Source: Pseudomonadales bacterium (lineage in GTDB: Bacteria > Pseudomonadota > Gammaproteobacteria > Pseudomonadales > Oceanobacteraceae). Taken from it: DNA of 45,803 bases. A program made the translations under genes and the position numbers. Positions 8,229-18,248 of the stretch are shown here, piece after piece. The stretch's first letter is position 1, and each line of letters starts with the position of its first letter. The stretch spans positions 1 to 45,803 of the forward strand of contig JBFHVZ010000001.1 of the NCBI GenBank assembly GCA_041589295.1, read 5' to 3'. The notes under the pieces were generated by a model that was not told where the DNA came from, searched no databases, and saw only the letters and a list, made by a program, of their open reading frames with translations.

Positions 8229-10993
8229 TGGGCTTCATCCCAATTATCGCCAACCCCCGCTTCCACCACCAACGGCACATCCAGCTGCGCAGCCGACTCC
8301 ATCAATTCCTTAATCTTGGCGCTGACTTCATCCACTTTGGCTTCCGGTACTTCGAAGATCAATTCATCGTGCACCTGCATAATCATGTTGACGTCGCTGC
8401 CTTCGTTGTCGAGCCATTGCTGCATGCGAATCATGGCGCGTTTGATGATGTCGGCGGCGGTGCCTTGCATGGGGGCGTTGATGGCGGCGCGCTCGGCAGC
8501 CTGACGGCGCATGGCATTGCGGGCTTTGATGTCGGGTAAATGTAGGCGACGACCAAACAGGGTTTCGACGTAGCCGGTTTCGGCGGCTTGCTCGCGGGTG
8601 CGGTCCATGTAGTCGCGCACGCCTGGGTAGCGTTCGAAGTAGGTGTTGATGTACGACTGAGCTTCTTGGCGGCTAACGTCGATCTGGCGGGCTAGACCAA
8701 ATGCGCTCATGCCGTAGATTAAACCGAAGTTAACGGCTTTGGCGTGGCGGCGTTGCTCGGAACTGACATCGGCTTCATCCACACCCATGATTTCTGCCGC
8801 GGTGGCCCTGTGGATATCTTTGCCCTGCGCGAAGGCATCCAGCAAACCTTTGTCGCCGGATAAGTGAGCCATAATGCGTAATTCAATTTGGCTGTAGTCC
8901 GCTGCAATGAGCTTATAACCCGCTGGGGCTTCAAATGCTTGGCGGATTTTACGACCCTGTTCATTGCGAATGGGGATGTTCTGCAAGTTGGGGTCGGTGG
9001 ACGATAAACGCCCCGTGGCGGTGACCGCTTGGTGATAGCTGGTGTGTACCCGACCTGTCTTGGGGTTGATCATCAGCGGCAGCTTGTCTGTGTAGGTGTT
9101 CTTTAATTTGGCCAGTCCGCGGTGCTCTAAAATCACCTTGGGCAGTTCGTACTCGTGGCTCAGTTCGACCAAGACTTCTTCTGCCGTGGACGGGGCGCCT
9201 TTCGGGGTTTTCTTTAGTACGGGCAAGCCCAGCTTCTCGAAGAAGATGGTTTGCAGTTGCTTGGTGCTGCCTAGGTTAAAGCTCTCACCGGCCAGATCAT
9301 GGGCTTTGATCTCTAATGCTTCTAAACGCTGTGCTATCTCTTGGCTTTGCTCGTGCAGTTTGTCTGCGTTGACCAGTGCGCCGAGGTGCTCCATGTTAGT
9401 GAGCACTTGCAATAGTGGTAACTCGGTTTCTGTATAGAGAGTGAGCAGTGACTTACTGGCAGACAGCTTGGCGTGTAGGGTTTCATGCAGACGCAGGGTC
9501 ACATCGGCGTCTTCGGCGGCGTAGGGCCCTGCCTGCTCAACAGCAATTTGATTAAACGTCAGCTGTTTTGCGCCTTTACCTGCAATGCTTTCGAAATCGA
9601 TGCATTCGTGGTCGAGGTAAAACTTGGCGAGGTCATCCATGTTATGGCGCGTGGCCGTGCTGTTCAGTACATAACTTTCGAGCATGGAATCGTGCTCGAT
9701 TCCGCGCAGCCTGATGCTGTGATTGCGCAGCACATGGGCGTCGTATTTTAGGTTCTGTCCGACCTTGTTGACGGCTGGGTCTTCCAATAATGGTTTCAAT
9801 TGCGCCAAGGCCCAGTTGCGATCCAGCTGCTCTGGCGCGCCAGCGTAATCGTGAGCCAAGGGCACATATGCGGCCTCGTTTGGTGCAATAGCAAAGCTGA
9901 CACCCACGATCTCGGCCTTCATGTAATCAAGGCTGGTGGTTTCGGTGTCGAAGGCGAAACGTGGGGCGTTTTTAAGCTTTTCTAGCCAAGTGTTGAAGTC
10001 GCTTTCTGTGGATAAAATAGTGTACAAACTTCTGTCCACAGCGCACGAAACCACTTCGACTTCTTCCTCTTCCTCTGTGGATAAGTTGGTTGATGGTTTA
10101 GCGGAGGATGCTGTTGCGGATGTCGCTGCACCGTCACCGGACAACTCTTTGGTCCAAGTGCGGAATTCGTACTCGCTGAACAGTTTGAGCAGAGCAGCCG
10201 TGTCGGCGGGCTGAACCTGAATATCATCCAAGCCTTGTTCAAGCGCCACATCGGTTTTGATGGTGGCCAGTTCGTAAGATAGAGGCAGTTGATCCAATGC
10301 AGCGCGCAGGTTTTCACCGACCTTGCCCTTCACTTGGTCGGCATTTTCCATAACACCTTTTAATGTGCCATAAGCATCTAACCACTTAACGGCGGTTTTC
10401 GGCCCGCACTTTTCGACACCGGGAATGTTGTCCACTTTGTCGCCCATGAGGGCAAGGTAATCAATGATTTGATCTGGGCGTACGCCAAACTTTTCACTGA
10501 CACCGGGCACATCCATGAAGGTGTCTGTCATGGTGTTCATCAGCGTCACATGTTCGGTCACCAGTTGGGCCATGTCTTTGTCGCCCGTGCTGATTAGGGT
10601 GTCGATGCCCTTCTCGCTTGCTTCGCGTGCCAATGTACCGATTACGTCGTCGGCCTCTACGCCTTCGATCACCAACAGGGGCAGGCCCATGGCACGAATG
10701 ATGTCGTGAATGGGTTGAATTTGAACGCGTAGGTCATCGGGCATGGGTGGGCGGTTGGCTTTGTATTCGCTGTACAAGTCATTACGGAAGGTCTTGCCTT
10801 TGGCATCGAACACAACAATGGTTTTGGAGGCCGGATAGTCCTTTTGCAGTTTGCGGATCATGCTGATCACGCCGCGGATGGCGTTGGTGGGAAAACCCGA
10901 GGAGGTGTTCATTTCGCGGATGGCGTGAAAGGCTCGGAACAAATAGGACGAGCCGTCCACCAGAATGACGTGTTGAGGAGTTTGCGCGGTCAT
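8225..10993 (-). CDS. polA: DNA polymerase I
   Basis: 5'-3' exonuclease (LVDGSSYLFRAFHA, EADDVIGT), 3'-5' exonuclease (FDTETT), polymerase motifs DYSQIELR, AKAVNFGLIYG, QVHDEL. Confidence 0.98.
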   Translation of the reverse strand: MTAQTPQHVILVDGSSYLFRAFHAIREMNTSSGFPTNAIRGVISMIRKLQKDYPASKTIVVFDAKGKTFRNDLYSEYKANRPPMPDDLRVQIQPIHDIIRAMGLPLLVIEGVEADDVIGTLAREASEKGIDTLISTGDKDMAQLVTEHVTLMNTMTDTFMDVPGVSEKFGVRPDQIIDYLALMGDKVDNIPGVEKCGPKTAVKWLDAYGTLKGVMENADQVKGKVGENLRAALDQLPLSYELATIKTDVALEQGLDDIQVQPADTAALLKLFSEYEFRTWTKELSGDGAATSATASSAKPSTNLSTEEEEEVEVVSCAVDRSLYTILSTESDFNTWLEKLKNAPRFAFDTETTSLDYMKAEIVGVSFAIAPNEAAYVPLAHDYAGAPEQLDRNWALAQLKPLLEDPAVNKVGQNLKYDAHVLRNHSIRLRGIEHDSMLESYVLNSTATRHNMDDLAKFYLDHECIDFESIAGKGAKQLTFNQIAVEQAGPYAAEDADVTLRLHETLHAKLSASKSLLTLYTETELPLLQVLTNMEHLGALVNADKLHEQSQEIAQRLEALEIKAHDLAGESFNLGSTKQLQTIFFEKLGLPVLKKTPKGAPSTAEEVLVELSHEYELPKVILEHRGLAKLKNTYTDKLPLMINPKTGRVHTSYHQAVTATGRLSSTDPNLQNIPIRNEQGRKIRQAFEAPAGYKLIAADYSQIELRIMAHLSGDKGLLDAFAQGKDIHRATAAEIMGVDEADVSSEQRRHAKAVNFGLIYGMSAFGLARQIDVSRQEAQSYINTYFERYPGVRDYMDRTREQAAETGYVETLFGRRLHLPDIKARNAMRRQAAERAAINAPMQGTAADIIKRAMIRMQQWLDNEGSDVNMIMQVHDELIFEVPEAKVDEVSAKIKELMESAAQLDVPLVVEAGVGDNWDEAH

Positions 10994-11121
10994 GGACGGA
11001 TTCTTGTGTTAGCCGATGAGTAGACAATTGCCACTGTTCTGTGTGCGGTTTTAGCTGGAGTTTGAGTCAAAACCCGCTATACAATGGCTGTATCTCTGAA
11101 AAAACTGGAACGCAGTTTATC

Positions 11122-11427
11122 ATGATTCTGAATCTATCCCGCTTTCTTTCCCGCTCGGTGTTTGTCTTGACGCTGGTGGTCTCAACTCTGTTTGCCTTGT
11201 TGTCAGTACAGGCTCAGGCAGAAGAAGAACCGAAAATCACCATCTACCATACTGAAGACAAAACCTTTTACGAATACACCCGTGAAGGTGAAGTGGTTGA
11301 GATCAAAGTGGTGCCCAAAAAGGGCGAACCTTACTACCTAATTCCTAACGGTGGTGCCGACGAAGGTTTTCGTCGCGCCACCGAATCCAAGCTGAGAGTC
11401 CCCACTTGGGTGATTTTTAGCTGGTAA
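11122..11427 (+). CDS. DUF2782-family exported protein
   Basis: Signal peptide; IKVVPKKGEPYYL and C-terminal VPTWVIFSW; sits between polA and thrB as in Pseudomonas. Confidence 0.8.
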   Translation: MILNLSRFLSRSVFVLTLVVSTLFALLSVQAQAEEEPKITIYHTEDKTFYEYTREGEVVEIKVVPKKGEPYYLIPNGGADEGFRRATESKLRVPTWVIFSW

Positions 11428-11505
11428 TCCTGATGCCAGGTTCAGGCGACTGCCGTGGTACCTATCCATGGCAGGTGACGCTTGCGCCGATTTCTGGTGA
11501 CGTTC

Positions 11506-12453
11506 ATGTCTGTTTATACGCAACTTTCCCAGCATGACATTCAGTCGTTGCTGACTCAGTACAACCTTGGCCAATTAGTGGCGTTCGAAGGGGTGGCGGC
11601 TGGGGTCGAAAACACCAACTACCGTTTAACCCTTAAAAAAGACGGCCGACAAACGCCCTACTTTTTAACCTTGTTTGAAACCTTGGATAAAGGCGAGTTG
11701 GACTTTTTCTTACCCTTGTTGGCCCATCTGCAGCAACATGGTTGTTTATTAGCATCGCCCATTGCGCGTTTAAACGGTGACTTAGTCATTACTATTAAAC
11801 AAAAGCCAGCGGCGATTTTTAACTGCCTAGCGGGTGGTCACCCCTCGTTAACCCCGCAGCACTGTGAAGACTTAGGTGAAGCCTTGGCACGCATCCATTT
11901 GGCGGGCAAAACGTTCGACCAACAGCGCGACAACACACGGGGTTTTTATTGGATTCAGCATCAAATTAAAACTCGAAATATCAGTGTGAGCGATGCAGAT
12001 TTTGCGTTGATGCAGGATGAATGGCAGGCGTTGCGTGAACATCGTTTGCAATGGGAATCGCGCAGTCAGCAAGAGCTGCCCGTAGGCATTATCCATGGTG
12101 ATTTGTTTGATGATAACGCCTTGTTTGATGGCGCAACTCTAAGTGGCGTGATCGACTTTTACAATGCATGTAGCGATTACTGGTGTTATGACTTGGCCAT
12201 TACACAAATGGCGTGGGCACTGGATGGCACAACGTTGGATGCCAATCGCGCCGATGCCTTGCTGACAGGCTATCAACGAGTACGGCCGTTGACCGTGGCA
12301 GAGCAAAAAGCGTTGCCGCAGTTTTTACGCATGGCGGCGTTGCGTTTTTGGTTGTCCCGTTTGCATACCCAAAAGCAGCAACAGGGCGTGGCCATGACCA
12401 CAGAAAAGTCGCCAGAACAGATGCGTGATTTATTGAGTTGGTTACGGGCCTAG
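11506..12453 (+). CDS. thrB: Homoserine kinase type II (APH-like)
   Basis: MSVYT start, GVENTNY, IIHGDLFDDN, GVIDFYNAC, ALRFWLSRL. Confidence 0.92.
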   Translation: MSVYTQLSQHDIQSLLTQYNLGQLVAFEGVAAGVENTNYRLTLKKDGRQTPYFLTLFETLDKGELDFFLPLLAHLQQHGCLLASPIARLNGDLVITIKQKPAAIFNCLAGGHPSLTPQHCEDLGEALARIHLAGKTFDQQRDNTRGFYWIQHQIKTRNISVSDADFALMQDEWQALREHRLQWESRSQQELPVGIIHGDLFDDNALFDGATLSGVIDFYNACSDYWCYDLAITQMAWALDGTTLDANRADALLTGYQRVRPLTVAEQKALPQFLRMAALRFWLSRLHTQKQQQGVAMTTEKSPEQMRDLLSWLRA

Positions 12454-12459
12454 CCTAGG

Positions 12460-14190
12460 TTATAAGTCAGCGGCGTCGTCGTTAGCGTCCAGCAACACTT
12501 CGCCGATCTGACACTGGTTGCGACCGCCCTCTTTGGCGGCGTAAAGGGCGCGGTCGGCGGCATCAAACACATTGTCTGGTACGGCGTCTTTGGTAAAACT
12601 GGCGATGCCGCACGAAATAGTAATTTGCACGCGTTTGCCTTTAAAGTGAAACGGACTGGCCTCCACTTGCTTGCGTATTTTTTCTGCCACGCGTAACGCG
12701 CCTTCGCTGTCGGTTTCCGGCAAAATCACCACAAATTCTTCGCCGCCGTAGCGGGCTAACAAGTCAGTATCTCGCGTTCCTTTTTTCACCTGTCGACTGA
12801 TCAATTGCAAGACCTTATCACCAGCCGTGTGGCCATAGGTGTCGTTAATGCTTTTAAAACGGTCCACGTCGCACACCACCAAACTGAGCGGGTGGCCGTA
12901 GCGACGAAAGCGTTCATATTCGGTTTGGATATAAATGTCATAGGCCCCGCGATTGGGCAGTTGAGTGAGGCTGTCGGTCATGGCCTTAAGCTGGCTTTTC
13001 TTAAGCTGTGCTTTGGCGTCGTTAAGCTCCCCTTCCATGGCTTGAATACGGCTTTTCAGTTCACCAATGTGGGATTCAAAAGCCTGTTCTCGGGTTTGCT
13101 GCTCCGAACGATAGTGGTTTACCGTGCCGAATATTTCATCCAACTTGGTGGTAACCGATACTTTAAGCGCACCAAAGTCCTGCGGGTCGGCTGACAACGT
13201 GTTCTTTAAGTCATCCAAATGATCGCGCATTTTGGCGTCGAATTCGGCGCTGGCGGTTTTAAAGCCGCTTTCCAGTTCCTCGCCTTTTTTCAGCCACGAC
13301 TGCAGTGTGGCCAAACGCTGGTTTAGGGTTTTAAGGAATGCTTCGAATTCCTGTTGTTCGCTGCCTAAGGCGGCGAGCACCAGTTCGGCCAATATTTCTA
13401 ATGCGGGAACCAATTCGTACCAGCTCAGACCTTCCTTGATTTTAGTGAGCAAACGTAGGGCTCTGGGCTGTTCTTGATTGGGCAAGGTTAGCTTGGATAC
13501 TAACGATTGCAGCAGCTTGGACACTTCGACTGTAAGCTGGCTCATGCCCTCTTCGGCTTGGTTGACGGCTTCTTCTATGTCGTATTGTCGTGTGTCCCCA
13601 GAATCCTCGGTGGTGTCGTCGCCAGTGCCGTTAGCGTCGCTGCTTTCGTCTTGGTTGTTGGCGTCTTCTGCTTTACTGCCGAACAGGCGGCCAAACCAGC
13701 TATCCCCTTTCTCGCCAGCCTTGTCGGCACCGTGCCCAGAGGCTTCGACCAAGGCTTCTGCCCATTGTCGTAGTGCGCTGACCATGCCGAGCAGCAACTC
13801 TACGCTGTCGCCGTCTTTAGACTGCTTGCGCAGTTTTTTCACTGGGGCTTTTAGCGCGCGCGGTAAGCTGGCGTGACTGGTTTCGATGGACAGTAGCGCG
13901 TGGTAAAGCTTCTGTCGGTGGCGCTCTTGGTGGGACTGCCAACGCTCGAAGCCTTCTTCGACGCGGTCGAGCAGTTTGCTCAAACCTGTGATTTGATCGT
14001 TACGCAGAAACTGCCGCAGACCATCCAGCTGACTGTCGAGATCGGGGTCGCGCCCTTCGCTGATCAGACTCAGGCGTACCAAGGCTCGCCTGAGGTTATC
14101 GGTTTGATCCTTAAAGCGTTTTTGCAGCTGGTCGTTTTCGTCAATAAGGTCGAGGTACTTACGTTTCCAGCGCTCGCCATCCGCTGTCAT
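12460..14190 (-). CDS. Coiled-coil diguanylate cyclase (DgcP/PA5487-like)
   Basis: RYGGEEF active site with RDTD I-site; ERWKRKYL N-terminus; located downstream of dsbA as in Pseudomonas. Confidence 0.88.
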   Translation of the reverse strand: MTADGERWKRKYLDLIDENDQLQKRFKDQTDNLRRALVRLSLISEGRDPDLDSQLDGLRQFLRNDQITGLSKLLDRVEEGFERWQSHQERHRQKLYHALLSIETSHASLPRALKAPVKKLRKQSKDGDSVELLLGMVSALRQWAEALVEASGHGADKAGEKGDSWFGRLFGSKAEDANNQDESSDANGTGDDTTEDSGDTRQYDIEEAVNQAEEGMSQLTVEVSKLLQSLVSKLTLPNQEQPRALRLLTKIKEGLSWYELVPALEILAELVLAALGSEQQEFEAFLKTLNQRLATLQSWLKKGEELESGFKTASAEFDAKMRDHLDDLKNTLSADPQDFGALKVSVTTKLDEIFGTVNHYRSEQQTREQAFESHIGELKSRIQAMEGELNDAKAQLKKSQLKAMTDSLTQLPNRGAYDIYIQTEYERFRRYGHPLSLVVCDVDRFKSINDTYGHTAGDKVLQLISRQVKKGTRDTDLLARYGGEEFVVILPETDSEGALRVAEKIRKQVEASPFHFKGKRVQITISCGIASFTKDAVPDNVFDAADRALYAAKEGGRNQCQIGEVLLDANDDAADL

Positions 14191-14270
14191 GGGCTATCCC
14201 TCCGGTTACCTGATCAGTATAGAAAAGGATTGGGCGGGCGTGGGCGTAAGAGGGTTGGGATGTTATTCCC

Positions 14271-14383
14271 GTGATTCATACGTCTTTTAGCTTTTTAAAT
14301 GACGGCGTGAACCCATCCATGGGGCCTTGACCTCGCCATCCATGGCGAGGACACATTTAAAAAGCTAAAAGTCGCAGAATCAC
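14271..14383. repeat. Long-hairpin repeat element with CATCCATGG core
   Basis: Perfect 18-bp IR CTTTTAGCTTTTTAAATG (14284-14301) / CATTTAAAAAGCTAAAAG (14354-14371), outer GTGATTC/GAATCAC, two CCATCCATGG copies and inner stem CCTCGCCAT/ATGGCGAGG. Confidence 0.6.
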
Positions 14384-14445
14384 TACGTTTGAGACGACCT
14401 GAAATATCACTCGAAATGAAAATGAAGGGGCTAATTAAACGTTTG

Positions 14446-14468
14446 AAGCGCCCAGAACGGGCGCTTTT
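14446..14468. terminator. Hairpin downstream of dsbA
   Basis: AAGCGCCC agaac GGGCGCTT; U-tract is weak on the dsbA strand. Confidence 0.4.
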
Positions 14469-14484
14469 GAATTAGTAGGCAGGC

Positions 14485-15114
14485 TTACTTCTTTAAGTTC
14501 TTGCGCTCTTGCTCGATGAGATAGTTCACCACACCGAAGATTTTGTCCTGACCGCCGGCGCTGCTGGCGTCAACGAAGTATTTACCGTTCACAATGACAG
14601 CGGGTACGCCGCTGATTTGATATTGGCGAACACGTTGATCGGCCATTTTTAATTGGCGGCGCACATTAAAGGAATCATAGTGTTTGTCGAAATCAGCTTC
14701 GCTTACGCCGTATTGCGCTAAAAAGGCTTTTTGGTCGTCTTCGTCTAGCAACCATTTACGGTCTTTGTGAATGGCTTCGAATACTGCGCCGTGGGCTTTT
14801 TCTAATACGTTGGTTGCTTCCATCACATAGAACAGTTGCGCGTGGATTTGCCATTTGCGGTTAAATTGCGCGGGCATTTGGTAAAAGTCCACGTCCACTT
14901 GAATGGATTTTTTCCATGCTTCGACGGTGGGTTCTAAGTGATAGCAGTGTGGGCAGCCGTACCAAAAAATCTCAACCACTTCGACCTTGCTGGTGTCTCG
15001 TGGAATGGATGGGTTTTCCAGTACTTTGTAATGCTGTCCGGCTTTGTAGTCTGCATTGGCAACCATGGCCAAGGTCAACATGGCCGCGGCGACCAAGCCC
15101 TTAAACAATTTCAT
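14485..15114 (-). CDS. dsbA: Thiol:disulfide oxidoreductase DsbA
   Basis: Signal peptide, FWYGCPHC, cis-Pro GVPAVIVNGKY; ATG 15114 with AAGGA RBS. Confidence 0.95.
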   Translation of the reverse strand: MKLFKGLVAAAMLTLAMVANADYKAGQHYKVLENPSIPRDTSKVEVVEIFWYGCPHCYHLEPTVEAWKKSIQVDVDFYQMPAQFNRKWQIHAQLFYVMEATNVLEKAHGAVFEAIHKDRKWLLDEDDQKAFLAQYGVSEADFDKHYDSFNVRRQLKMADQRVRQYQISGVPAVIVNGKYFVDASSAGGQDKIFGVVNYLIEQERKNLKK

Positions 15115-15285
15115 GAAGCGATTCCTTAACGCGATTTTCAAAGGTGTCTTAGCCTAATGGCCTTGCCGTCATTGGACAAGTAGCGAGGTCAAAGTTCCAA
15201 CGAAAAGTCATAAAGATTGTTCAAAAGCCAGCGCGAATGAAAACACAGAATGGATCTAACTGAGATCAACCAATCCACCAGACAC

Positions 15286-15322
15286 AAAAAAACGGCTGGG
15301 TTTTGCAACCGCAGCCGTTTTT
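15286..15322 (-). terminator. Rho-independent terminator after cytochrome c4
   Basis: AAAAAAACGGCTG...CAGCCGTTTTT. Confidence 0.75.
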
Positions 15323-15363
15323 GGATTGATCATTCGTGCTGCGCTATAAACGCAGCAGAGTGA

Positions 15364-15963
15364 TTAGTGCAGACCTTGAATGTAGGCTGCTACTTCGTCA
15401 ATTTCTTTGTTGCTCATTTTCTTAGCGATGTCGCGCATCACTTCGTTAGCATCGTTTGCACGCTTGTCTTCTTGGAACGCCATCAACTGAGCTTTGATGT
15501 AATCAGCGTGTTGACCGCCCAATGCAGGGAAGCCTGCCGCAGACATGCCGCTGCCGTCAGCTGCGTGACAAGCTAAACAAGCTGGAACGCCAGTGGCTTG
15601 GTTGCCTGCACGGTAAACTTTTTCACCGCCAGCCACTTTGTCTTTCGCTGCATAGCCAACAGAGCGTTTTTGGCTGGCGAAGTACGCTGCCAAATCAGCC
15701 ATTTGGCCTTCGCTTAAAGCTGCAACCTGACCGGCCATGATGGCGTTGTTACGGTCACCGGATTTGAAGTCTTTCAACTGCTTCAGCAAGTATTTCTCAC
15801 CTAGACCAGCAATTTTAGGAAAAGTTGGCGCAGCGGCGTTGCCGTCAGCACCGTGACACGCGCCACATGCGGCCGCGATTTTCTTACCCGCGGCTGCGTC
15901 GCCTGCTTCTGCACCTGCTACCAGGCCCAAAGATAACATCAAGCTAATCGCCAACTTTTTCAT
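15364..15963 (-). CDS. Di-heme cytochrome c4
   Basis: Signal peptide; CGACH and CLACH. Confidence 0.93.
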   Translation of the reverse strand: MKKLAISLMLSLGLVAGAEAGDAAAGKKIAAACGACHGADGNAAAPTFPKIAGLGEKYLLKQLKDFKSGDRNNAIMAGQVAALSEGQMADLAAYFASQKRSVGYAAKDKVAGGEKVYRAGNQATGVPACLACHAADGSGMSAAGFPALGGQHADYIKAQLMAFQEDKRANDANEVMRDIAKKMSNKEIDEVAAYIQGLH

Positions 15964-15995
15964 GCTTTTCTCACTTGTTAATGTATTGAAATCGC

Positions 15996-16289
15996 TTACT
16001 TCGCCTTGGCCATGTAATCGATGATGGCTTCATATTGCGCATCAGTACAATCGTTACACAGACCTTTTGGTGGCATAGCGCCCTTACCATTTTTCACACT
16101 GGCGACCAGTGTGCTCATGCCGGTTTCCAGTCTCGGCTTCCAAGCGGCGGGATCAAAAGCTTTCGGTGCATTGGCTACGCCCGAGGCATGACAGGCCGCA
16201 CAGGCAACCTTGTATTTAGCTTCAGCGTCAAATGCGTTAGCGGTTGTAGCAGCAACTAATGCTGCGGTTAGTACCAGCGCTTTTTTCAT
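15996..16289 (-). CDS. Cytochrome c5-family monoheme cytochrome
   Basis: Signal peptide; CAACH; GAMPPKGLCNDC. Confidence 0.9.
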   Translation of the reverse strand: MKKALVLTAALVAATTANAFDAEAKYKVACAACHASGVANAPKAFDPAAWKPRLETGMSTLVASVKNGKGAMPPKGLCNDCTDAQYEAIIDYMAKAK

Positions 16290-16430
16290 GGCTTTCTCTC
16301 CTTAGCCAGGTTTTTGTTATTATTGAAAACGGTAGGCCACAGAAAATTTGTGGCATTATAACCAAACTTCGGTCTGATACCAGTATCGAACCGCCCATAA
16401 CCCCCGTGCTAAAGCAGTATAGACGACCCT

Positions 16431-17069
16431 ATGGATTACCCCTTGATCAATTTCCAGCGCGCCAAATTCCTCATCAGTGCGCCGAGCCTAAAACAATGTC
16501 CACCGGACACTGGGGCTGAGGTGGCCTTTGCGGGTCGTTCTAACGCGGGCAAATCCAGCGCCCTGAACACCTTGGCACAGCAAACCAAGCTGGCGCGTAC
16601 CAGCAAAACACCAGGGCGCACTCAGTTGATAAACTTCTTTGCGCTGAGCGAGGAAGCCCGCCTTGTGGACTTACCGGGCTACGGCTTTGCTAAGGTGCCT
16701 GACCGCATGAAGCGCGAGTGGCAACGGAATATGTCCGAGTATTTGGAAGAGCGCCAAAGCCTACGTGGTGTGGTGCTGGTAATGGATATTCGCCATCCGC
16801 TCACCGAGTTCGACCGCATGATGTGCGATTGGGCCCATGCCGCCGACATGCCACTGCATATTCTGTTGACCAAAGCTGACAAGCTAAAGAAAGGCCCAGC
16901 GCAGAACACCAAGCTACAGGTTAAAAAAGCGTTAGCTGATATGGGCGATTTGGTCACGGTGCAGATTTTCTCGTCGCTGAAAAAAGACGGCACTGACTTG
17001 CTGCGCAACCGCCTAAGCGAGTGGCTGTACGTGGATGACCAAGCAGACGCAGCATTAGATCAAGAATAA
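16431..17069 (+). CDS. engB: Ribosome biogenesis GTPase EngB/YihA
   Basis: [28 protein letters not shown]. Confidence 0.97.
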   Translation: MDYPLINFQRAKFLISAPSLKQCPPDTGAEVAFAGRSNAGKSSALNTLAQQTKLARTSKTPGRTQLINFFALSEEARLVDLPGYGFAKVPDRMKREWQRNMSEYLEERQSLRGVVLVMDIRHPLTEFDRMMCDWAHAADMPLHILLTKADKLKKGPAQNTKLQVKKALADMGDLVTVQIFSSLKKDGTDLLRNRLSEWLYVDDQADAALDQE

Positions 17070-17131
17070 GCTTTCTTAAGATCTAAATGGCTAAGAGTCT
17101 GTGTAAAAACGCGCTAGTTTTTAAATAGGCT

Positions 17132-18106
17132 CTAGAACTCGGCTTTTAAAGCCAAACCTAGGGTGGTGTCAGTACCACCTGTGAGTTCGATGCGTTGCTT
17201 CTCACCCTCGTTGCTAAACTTTTCTACGGCTGGCTGGGTCATGGCCAGATTCAAATAACTCTGTAATTGAAGTTGCGCCGTCAGGTCCCACTGGTAGCGG
17301 GTGCTAAAACCAAACTGACTTTGGTCGCCGTAACTGATGTCTGTATCTAAGCTGGCGTTGTAGCTTTTATAGGGAAAGCCGCGCATCAAATGCCAAACAA
17401 AGACGAGATTATGATCTTTGGCCACGTTTACTTGCGATCCAAAGTTCACTGCTAGGCACCAAGGCCCGCTCACCCCATGACCGTTTACTTTTTCGCGGGT
17501 AGTCGTGTCTAAGCGCAGCGACCCCAACCAGTGGGTGCCCAGTTCGGTTACCCAGTTGGCGGCTAACTCAACCCCCAATAACGAATAACCTCGACCAGAA
17601 TCGCCCTGTTGGCCTGTGTCTGTGGTATTAGAGCGTGCGGGATTTGCTCCAGCAATGGATGGGCTAAATTCTGTGGTAATTGCTGCACCTGGCGCTAATC
17701 GATATTGACCGATTAGGGTTAAGTCGGTTTCACCGGCCTGCTCGAAACTGCCTTCCATGGTGGACAGTCCTTCGTCATTCACGCTGCGATGCCAACGCGC
17801 CTCGGCGTAGCCTTGGTTCACGCCAACCGCCCAGTCTTGATGTAGACCATAAATATACGTGAGTGAATGTCGCCAGCGGTTGCCATGGCTACGGGCATCA
17901 TAGGTGGTCCGGTCGTCAGCATCCAAGGCCGCGCTGTTGGTCAGGTAGCTGCCTGATGTTTGCCATTCACTGTATTGATTATCGAAATGCAGGTAATGGC
18001 CGCCAGCAGCGGGCATGTCGCCGGGCAAATTTACCGCACCGGCCAGTGCGACATTGCCACTGGTGAGACAAAAAGCGGTGAGAGAAACCGAAAACAGGGT
18101 ACGCAT
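17132..18106 (-). CDS. Hypothetical exported protein, probable outer-membrane beta-barrel
   Basis: Signal peptide (ALA), alternating amphipathic strands, C-terminal LGLALKAEF. Confidence 0.6.
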   Translation of the reverse strand: MRTLFSVSLTAFCLTSGNVALAGAVNLPGDMPAAGGHYLHFDNQYSEWQTSGSYLTNSAALDADDRTTYDARSHGNRWRHSLTYIYGLHQDWAVGVNQGYAEARWHRSVNDEGLSTMEGSFEQAGETDLTLIGQYRLAPGAAITTEFSPSIAGANPARSNTTDTGQQGDSGRGYSLLGVELAANWVTELGTHWLGSLRLDTTTREKVNGHGVSGPWCLAVNFGSQVNVAKDHNLVFVWHLMRGFPYKSYNASLDTDISYGDQSQFGFSTRYQWDLTAQLQLQSYLNLAMTQPAVEKFSNEGEKQRIELTGGTDTTLGLALKAEF

Positions 18107-18248
18107 GGTCAATCCATTTTTTATTGTTGTTATGCAGCCGTGCCAACCAGCGCTGGTACGCTAAAAGCGCTATAGCCTGCGGTTTATAGGCATATTTGTC
18201 AACGAAGTAGACGGTTTGAGCGGTTGGGAATTAGCCTGCTTAGGCCAG

